Source: Vulcanimicrobiota bacterium (lineage in GTDB: Bacteria > Vulcanimicrobiota > Xenobia > Xenobiales > JADMJV01). Taken from it: 64,000 nucleotides of DNA. Below the pieces are notes generated by a model that was given only the letters and a program-made list of their open reading frames with translations, ran no database searches and was not told where the DNA came from. The first letter of the stretch is position 1. Each line of letters begins with the position of its first letter. Below, piece after piece: positions 57,379-64,000 of this stretch. The stretch covers positions 2,660,891 through 2,724,890 of the forward strand of contig JBFWNU010000001.1 of NCBI GenBank assembly GCA_050250895.1. The letters are read 5' to 3'. A program made the translations under genes and the position numbers.

Positions 57379-58917
57379 TCAGGCGGTCCAGCGATGGCCG
57401 GAGGCGGCTAGATCGGTGACTTCCTGAGCCGAGATCGGCTTGGAGAAGTAGTAGCCCTGAGCCATGGCGCAGCCGCGCTCGACCAGAAAGCGGGCGGCCT
57501 GCTGGTCTTCGACCCCGACGCCGACGGCAATCAGGCTCAGGCTCGAGGCTACCGCGATAGCGTGCTGGCAAAGTTCGCTCGCCTGGCGCACCAGCTTGGG
57601 CGAGATCTTGAGAAAGCGAGCCCGGGCCAGGCGGGATAGAGAAGAGAAACCGTCGCCGAAGTTGTCGATGGCGATGGCCAGTCCGGCTCGCTCGAGCTGG
57701 GCGATAGTCTGGTCGATACGCTCGACGTTGAGGCTGGCGAAGTCTTCAGTGATGTCGAAAGAAAGCTGCCCGGGAGGCACACCCGCGGCCGACACCTCTT
57801 CGATCACGGTCTCGACCAGGTCGGCCTGCAGCAGTTGGCGTGGCGAGAGGTTGACGGTGGCGAACAAGCGGATGTCGGCGGCCAGCCAGGCCCGGATCTG
57901 CTGGCAGACCTGGTGAATCACCCAGCGGCCGATGGCCACCATCTGGCCGCTGGCCTCGGCCACCGGGATAAACTCTGAGGGGGGTAACACGCCCTCGATG
58001 CGGTGATTCCAGCGCACCAGCGCCTCGACGCCCACCATGCGGCCCTCGAGCTGGCCGTTCTTGTGGGCCTCGAGCCAGACCACCGGCAGGTATTCCAAGA
58101 AGAGTTCGTTCGCCTCCAGGGCGTGGCGCAGCTGGTATTCCAGGGTCAGGCTGCGCTGTTGCTGGCGCTGCAGGGTCGGGGTGTACAGCTCGAAACGGGC
58201 CCGGCCCTCGGCTTTGGCTTTGTAGAGAGCCGAGTCGGCCCGGCTGATTAGATCGACGGCCGACTTCTCGCCACCGTTGTGGAGGCCGATGCCGATGCTG
58301 GCCGTGACTTCGAGCTTTTGTCCCAGGATGGTGAAGGGTTCGGAGACCACTTTGAGCACCTGGCGGGCGGCCGCCTGGGCCATGGGCTCGAGCTGGTCGA
58401 GAGGCACCTTGGATAGGAAGATCAAGAACTCGTCTTCGCCGCGGCGGCCTACCGCGCCGCCGTCGCCGACCACCCGCTGGAGGCGGTCGGAAAGGCGCAC
58501 CAGCAGTTCGTTGCCGGCCTTAAGCCCCATGGCGTCGTTGATGACCTTGAACCGATCCAGGTCAACCAGCAGCAGGGCAGCTCCCTGGGTGGCGGGCAGG
58601 TTCTGCAGGGCCGTCTCGATATGCTGCTCGATCAAGTTGAGATTAGCCAGCCCCGTGAGCGGGTCTTGAAAGGCCAGACGCTGCACGACTTTGCCCGAGT
58701 CGGCCGCCTCGCGACGGACGCGCTCCAACTCTTGGACCAGCTTGCTGACCTTCACTTCAGCCTGGTTGGCGCGCTGCTCGGCCGCCCGCAGGCGCTGAGC
58801 TAGAGGCCCCTCCTCCTGGGGAGAGGCGTGGCCGTTTCCATTGTCGCCCTGAAGTTGGCTGGCCAGACGGCGAACTTCGTTGAGATGGCGCTCTAATTCA
58901 GCAAATAGCGGGTTCAT
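57379..58917 (-). CDS. Coiled-coil/GGDEF/EAL protein with degenerate motifs
   Basis: DPLTGLAN, DLDRFK.IND, GEDEF, EAL, IDNFGDGFSS, QGYYFSKP. Confidence 0.88.
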   Translation of the reverse strand: MNPLFAELERHLNEVRRLASQLQGDNGNGHASPQEEGPLAQRLRAAEQRANQAEVKVSKLVQELERVRREAADSGKVVQRLAFQDPLTGLANLNLIEQHIETALQNLPATQGAALLLVDLDRFKVINDAMGLKAGNELLVRLSDRLQRVVGDGGAVGRRGEDEFLIFLSKVPLDQLEPMAQAAARQVLKVVSEPFTILGQKLEVTASIGIGLHNGGEKSAVDLISRADSALYKAKAEGRARFELYTPTLQRQQQRSLTLEYQLRHALEANELFLEYLPVVWLEAHKNGQLEGRMVGVEALVRWNHRIEGVLPPSEFIPVAEASGQMVAIGRWVIHQVCQQIRAWLAADIRLFATVNLSPRQLLQADLVETVIEEVSAAGVPPGQLSFDITEDFASLNVERIDQTIAQLERAGLAIAIDNFGDGFSSLSRLARARFLKISPKLVRQASELCQHAIAVASSLSLIAVGVGVEDQQAARFLVERGCAMAQGYYFSKPISAQEVTDLAASGHRWTA

Positions 58918-59014
58918 CAAACCGACTCATCGGCCCCAAGCCGCTTTCTTTAAGCGAGCTCAGGCCATGGGATCGGCTTCGACCAGGGCCCCAGGCCGGC
59001 CTGCCGGTCCGCGT

Positions 59015-60511
<1,497 letters not shown>

Positions 60512-60586
60512 CTACGGTTCTTCCTGAGGGGGTCGGGTGGTCCCTCCCCCTGAAGGGCGGGCCCGGGAAAACCCGAACTAGGCGCG

Positions 60587-62104
60587 ATGGATGAGCGGGC
60601 AGAAGTCCTGCGCCAGGCCGTCGAGGCCCTGGTCGACCGGGGGGCCGAACGGGTCCTGGTCTGGCACGGCAAGCCCGCTGGCGAGCCCACCGCCTGGGCC
60701 GGGCTGGTGCTCGAGCCCAAGAGCTTCGAGCGGGCCACCCCCTTCACCATGGCTGATCTTGGCGGATTGCTCTCGGCCGGCGTGCCCATCAACCTCGAGA
60801 AGACGCAGTTGACCCGCAAAGGGCGCGAGGGCTCGCTCGTGTGCGTGCCACTCCATCACGAAGGGCGGCTTGACGGCTTTGTCTACGCCGATCGGGCCGG
60901 CGAGTTCAGCGCCGTCGACGCCGAGCAGATCCAGCGCCTGGCCCGTTGGCTCGAGGCGGCTCTGATCAACCCTGCCCAACCCCCGGAGTTTCCTTTCGAG
61001 CGCAAGTTGCGCCGGCCCATGCCGATGGCCCAGGCGGCCCCGGCCGCCAGGGGTCCTACCGAGGTCAACAGCCAGGCCCGGCCAAGCGCCACGGGCCTGG
61101 TGGTGTTCTTGCGTTCATTGGCCGTGCTGCAAGAGTCAGGGATTCCCCTCAACGACGGTTTCGAGTTGCTGGAGAAGACCTGCGACGACAAGCTGATGGC
61201 CGAGGTCGCCGCCGAGCTGGGCAAGCGCGTCGGCGCCGGCGACTCGATTTCGAAGGTGTTGTCGCTCTATCCCGGAGCCTTCGGCCCGTTCCAGGTCGAA
61301 CTGGTGCGCGTGGGCGAGGCCACCGGCACGCTGTCGGCCGTGGTGGCCCAGTTGGCCGAATGCGAGCAAACGCGTCAAAGATTGCTCCGGCGAGTGAGCG
61401 CGGCTCTGACTTATCCCACCCTGGTGGCCTTGTTGGCTCTGGTGGGTCTGCTGGTCGCCCCGCCCTATTTGCTCGAGGGCGTGTTCACGGTCATTCGCCA
61501 GTCGGGACAAGAGCCGCCCTGGCTGACCAGGGGCGTCATGGCCTTCTCGAGCGCCCTGAGCACCCCCTGGCCCTGGTTGGCGCTAGGGGGGGCCCTGGCG
61601 GCGGGTTTTTCGACCGGGCCCCGGTGGTTGCGCCGGCCCGATGTCTGGCAGCGCTTGCTGAACTTGCCCGGGCTGGGCAGTTGCCTGCGCTGCGCTGGAA
61701 TGGCCCGCTTTGCCTCGGCCCTGGCCGTGTGCCAGCGGGCCGGCCTGGACTTGCTGGCGGCCGTCCGACTGTCGGCGGGGGCCAGCGGCGATCCGGTGTT
61801 GCTTGAACGTGAGCGGGCCGTGCGCGAGGCCATTCAAGACGGCAACGGCCTGGGGGCCGCCCTGCGGGGGACAGGCTATTTCACGCCCATGTTTCTGGAG
61901 TTGGTGGCTTCGGGCGAAGAGGTGGCTCGAGTCGAATTGATGCTGGAGTGGATCGCCCGCAGTTGCGAGCAAGAATTGGAAGCGGCGCTCGAGGTCTATG
62001 CGGCCTTGCTCGAACCGATCATGTTGGTGGCCGTGGGGGCGGTGGTGGCGCTGCTGGTGGTGGCTACCCTGGCCCCGATGCTGACCATCATCAGCACGCT
62101 TTGA
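60587..62104 (+). CDS. pilC: PilC/T2SS-F protein with N-terminal GAF-like domain
   Basis: SLVCVPL..EGRLDGFVYAD...FSAVD, then LAVLQESGIPL, VGEATG, ALTYP, LLEP. Confidence 0.8.
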   Translation: MDERAEVLRQAVEALVDRGAERVLVWHGKPAGEPTAWAGLVLEPKSFERATPFTMADLGGLLSAGVPINLEKTQLTRKGREGSLVCVPLHHEGRLDGFVYADRAGEFSAVDAEQIQRLARWLEAALINPAQPPEFPFERKLRRPMPMAQAAPAARGPTEVNSQARPSATGLVVFLRSLAVLQESGIPLNDGFELLEKTCDDKLMAEVAAELGKRVGAGDSISKVLSLYPGAFGPFQVELVRVGEATGTLSAVVAQLAECEQTRQRLLRRVSAALTYPTLVALLALVGLLVAPPYLLEGVFTVIRQSGQEPPWLTRGVMAFSSALSTPWPWLALGGALAAGFSTGPRWLRRPDVWQRLLNLPGLGSCLRCAGMARFASALAVCQRAGLDLLAAVRLSAGASGDPVLLERERAVREAIQDGNGLGAALRGTGYFTPMFLELVASGEEVARVELMLEWIARSCEQELEAALEVYAALLEPIMLVAVGAVVALLVVATLAPMLTIISTL

Positions 62105-63377
62105 CGGCTTGGCGAAAAGCCTCGCGCGCCTCGGCCATGGAGGGGTAGCGGTCGTCGGGTTGGCGCGAGACCAGTTTAGCCATGACCTGGGCTATCGGCT
62201 CGGCCAAGTCGGGGCGAAAGGTGCGCGGGTCGGGGGCCGGACCGGTCAGGGCCGCCATGATCATCTTCATCGGGTCCTCGCTTTCGAAGGGCCGCTGGCC
62301 GGCCAGCAGTTCGTAGGCGATGACGCCGATGGCGTACTGGTCCGAGCGGGGATCGACAGCCTCGGAGATTTGCTCGGGCGCCATATAGCCGGGAGTGCCC
62401 AGCACCACTCCCGTCACGGTGATGGTCTTGTCGACTTCCCGGCGGCGGGCCAGCCCAAAGTCCATCACCTTGACCTTGTTGTCGTCGGTGACCATGATGT
62501 TGCCGGGCTTGAGGTCGCGATGGACAATGCCTTTTCCGTGGGCATAGACCAGCCCGTCGAAGATCTGCTCGAGATAAAGCCAGCCTTCCATCAAGGGCAG
62601 GCCGCCGGCTCGCAGGCGAGTCGACAGCGTCTTGCCGTGGATCAGCTCCAGGGCCAGATAGACGTAGTCGCCGTGGGTGTCCAGCCGATACAGGCGCACG
62701 ATGTTGGGATGGCTCAAGTCGCGGCTGACCTGGCCCTCGCGGATAAAACGGTCGCGATGTTCGGCTTTGCCGTACATCTCGGGCAGCATCACCTTGAGCG
62801 CCACCGCTTCGCCCTCGTCGAGGTTCTGGTCGGGAACGGCCCGAAAGACCATGGCCATGCCGCCCTCGCCCAGCTTGTCGAGGATGCGATAGCCTCCCAT
62901 CACGCTGCCCAACAGGTCGTGCTTGGGAATCGTCGCCTCGAAGTGAGACAGCTTGCTGTCGCGGGCGGCCAGGGCGGCCACACGACGACGAGTCTTGGCC
63001 CACCACCAGCCGGCCGCGCCCAGGCCGGCCAGCATCAAGGCCAGCCACCACGGCTTGCGCAACAGCGGGATCAGGGCGTTGCTGGGGGTGAGCGGCACGG
63101 GAACGTCGGGATATCTGACCCCCCCGCCACGTTGCTCGAAGGTCTGGCCGGGAATGTCCACCTGGGCATCTTTGTAACCCGGCAACCGCACCACCAGGTG
63201 GAGCGGTTGCTGGGGGCGGTGGCTGGCGGCGGTGAGGCTGAACGGTTGGCCCGAGACACCGAGGGGCTGGTTGTTCTTCAGCACCTCGGCCCCGGCAGGC
63301 TCGGTCTGGATGGTGACTTGCCAGCTCTGCCCCAGGCAGGGCAGGCTCAGCAGGAGCAAGAGCAGGAGGGTTCTCAA
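62091..63377 (-). CDS. Receptor-type Ser/Thr kinase (signal peptide, PEGA domain, TM, kinase)
   Basis: TEPAGAEV...LPGY; GEGGMA, VALK, HRDLKPGN, DFG, GTPGYMAPEQ. Confidence 0.9.
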   Translation of the reverse strand: MRTLLLLLLLSLPCLGQSWQVTIQTEPAGAEVLKNNQPLGVSGQPFSLTAASHRPQQPLHLVVRLPGYKDAQVDIPGQTFEQRGGGVRYPDVPVPLTPSNALIPLLRKPWWLALMLAGLGAAGWWWAKTRRRVAALAARDSKLSHFEATIPKHDLLGSVMGGYRILDKLGEGGMAMVFRAVPDQNLDEGEAVALKVMLPEMYGKAEHRDRFIREGQVSRDLSHPNIVRLYRLDTHGDYVYLALELIHGKTLSTRLRAGGLPLMEGWLYLEQIFDGLVYAHGKGIVHRDLKPGNIMVTDDNKVKVMDFGLARRREVDKTITVTGVVLGTPGYMAPEQISEAVDPRSDQYAIGVIAYELLAGQRPFESEDPMKMIMAALTGPAPDPRTFRPDLAEPIAQVMAKLVSRQPDDRYPSMAEAREAFRQAVKAC

Positions 63378-63976
63378 TGGACCAGTCTCAGGGCCGTGAC
63401 TTTGCGCAGCCGGTAGCGCTCCTGGCCCTCGGAGAGTTCGAGTTCGATGGTGATGGGCGAGGCCACGGCCGCCCCCGAGCCGGCATGGGTGACGGTGAAC
63501 GAGTCGACGTTGGCGGCGATAGGGCGCGGGCTAGCGTCGAGCTGGCTGACCAGCTGCAAGAGCTGGGCCGGGCCGGGTCGGGTGGGTTGGTTGGTGGACA
63601 GGTTGAGGGCCATCGAGGGCACTCGGCCGGGGGCCCAGGTCCGGCGCCACAAACGGCGATCCGCAACATAATAGACCACCAGCTCTTGTTGCCACACCAC
63701 CACTCCATCAGCCGAGAGGTCGTTGGCCGGCTGAATCGCCAGCACGTCGGGGCCGGAACGGATGCCCACCCCACCGGCGGCGGCCAACTGCAGATCGTCG
63801 ACCAACCACCGACCGGCCAATAACCCCTGTTGCTGCAATTGGGCGCGCTGGCTGGTGCGACCGGCCGTGCGCAGGGTGGGAATGAGCAGGTTGACCAGAA
63901 TCAGCCCCACGATGAGGAACAGGCCGGCCGCCACCATCACTTCTAGCAGGGTGAAGGCTCGTCTAGCCACGGACAC
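63374..63976 (-). CDS. Minor pilin, PilW/PulJ-like; paralogue of 22851-23486
   Basis: RRA|FTLLEVMVAA; shared VLAI.P, RR.W.P and ITHAG/VTHAG motifs. Confidence 0.85.
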   Translation of the reverse strand: MSVARRAFTLLEVMVAAGLFLIVGLILVNLLIPTLRTAGRTSQRAQLQQQGLLAGRWLVDDLQLAAAGGVGIRSGPDVLAIQPANDLSADGVVVWQQELVVYYVADRRLWRRTWAPGRVPSMALNLSTNQPTRPGPAQLLQLVSQLDASPRPIAANVDSFTVTHAGSGAAVASPITIELELSEGQERYRLRKVTALRLVH

Positions 63977-64000
63977 TCGAAACCCACACTTCCCGAACGA
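63963..64000 (-). CDS. 3' end of an upstream gene, probably a PilV-like pilin (partial)
   Basis: VREVWVSSVRG* overlaps the next pilin leader, as in the 22502/22851 pair. Confidence 0.4.
   Translation of the reverse strand, partial: VREVWVSSVRG

Overview
High-GC bacterial chromosomal segment with about 65 tightly packed genes and no rRNA, tRNA, CRISPR array, transposase or prophage. The gene style (many prepilin cassettes, signal-peptide-bearing Ser/Thr kinases, orphan proteins) resembles Candidatus Eremiobacterota/Vulcanimicrobiota (WPS-2); that assignment is inference only. Recognisable content: czcA/YHS/czcC metal efflux, mazE with a decapitated mazF, a crtN-aldehyde dehydrogenase-crtNb C30-carotenoid operon coupled to an HpnN-like MMPL transporter, type III glutamine synthetase, comM, an NCS1 permease, and SET, cereblon, PilZ and GGDEF-EAL proteins. 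The most notable signals are: (1) four minor-pilin cassettes and three PilC paralogues, with two cassettes translationally coupled to receptor-topology PEGA-TM-Ser/Thr kinases, two carrying beta-propellers fused to different pilins, and one PilC fused to a GAF-like domain; (2) a near-identical ~20-aa C-terminal motif on two unrelated orphan proteins, a candidate export or targeting signal, plus a harpin-like CHAP hydrolase; (3) a family of GGAG-tagged triloop hairpin arrays (REP-like) and a ~343-bp composite palindromic element that interrupts a duplicated gene. All calls come from reading the sequence and translations by eye; no searches were run.
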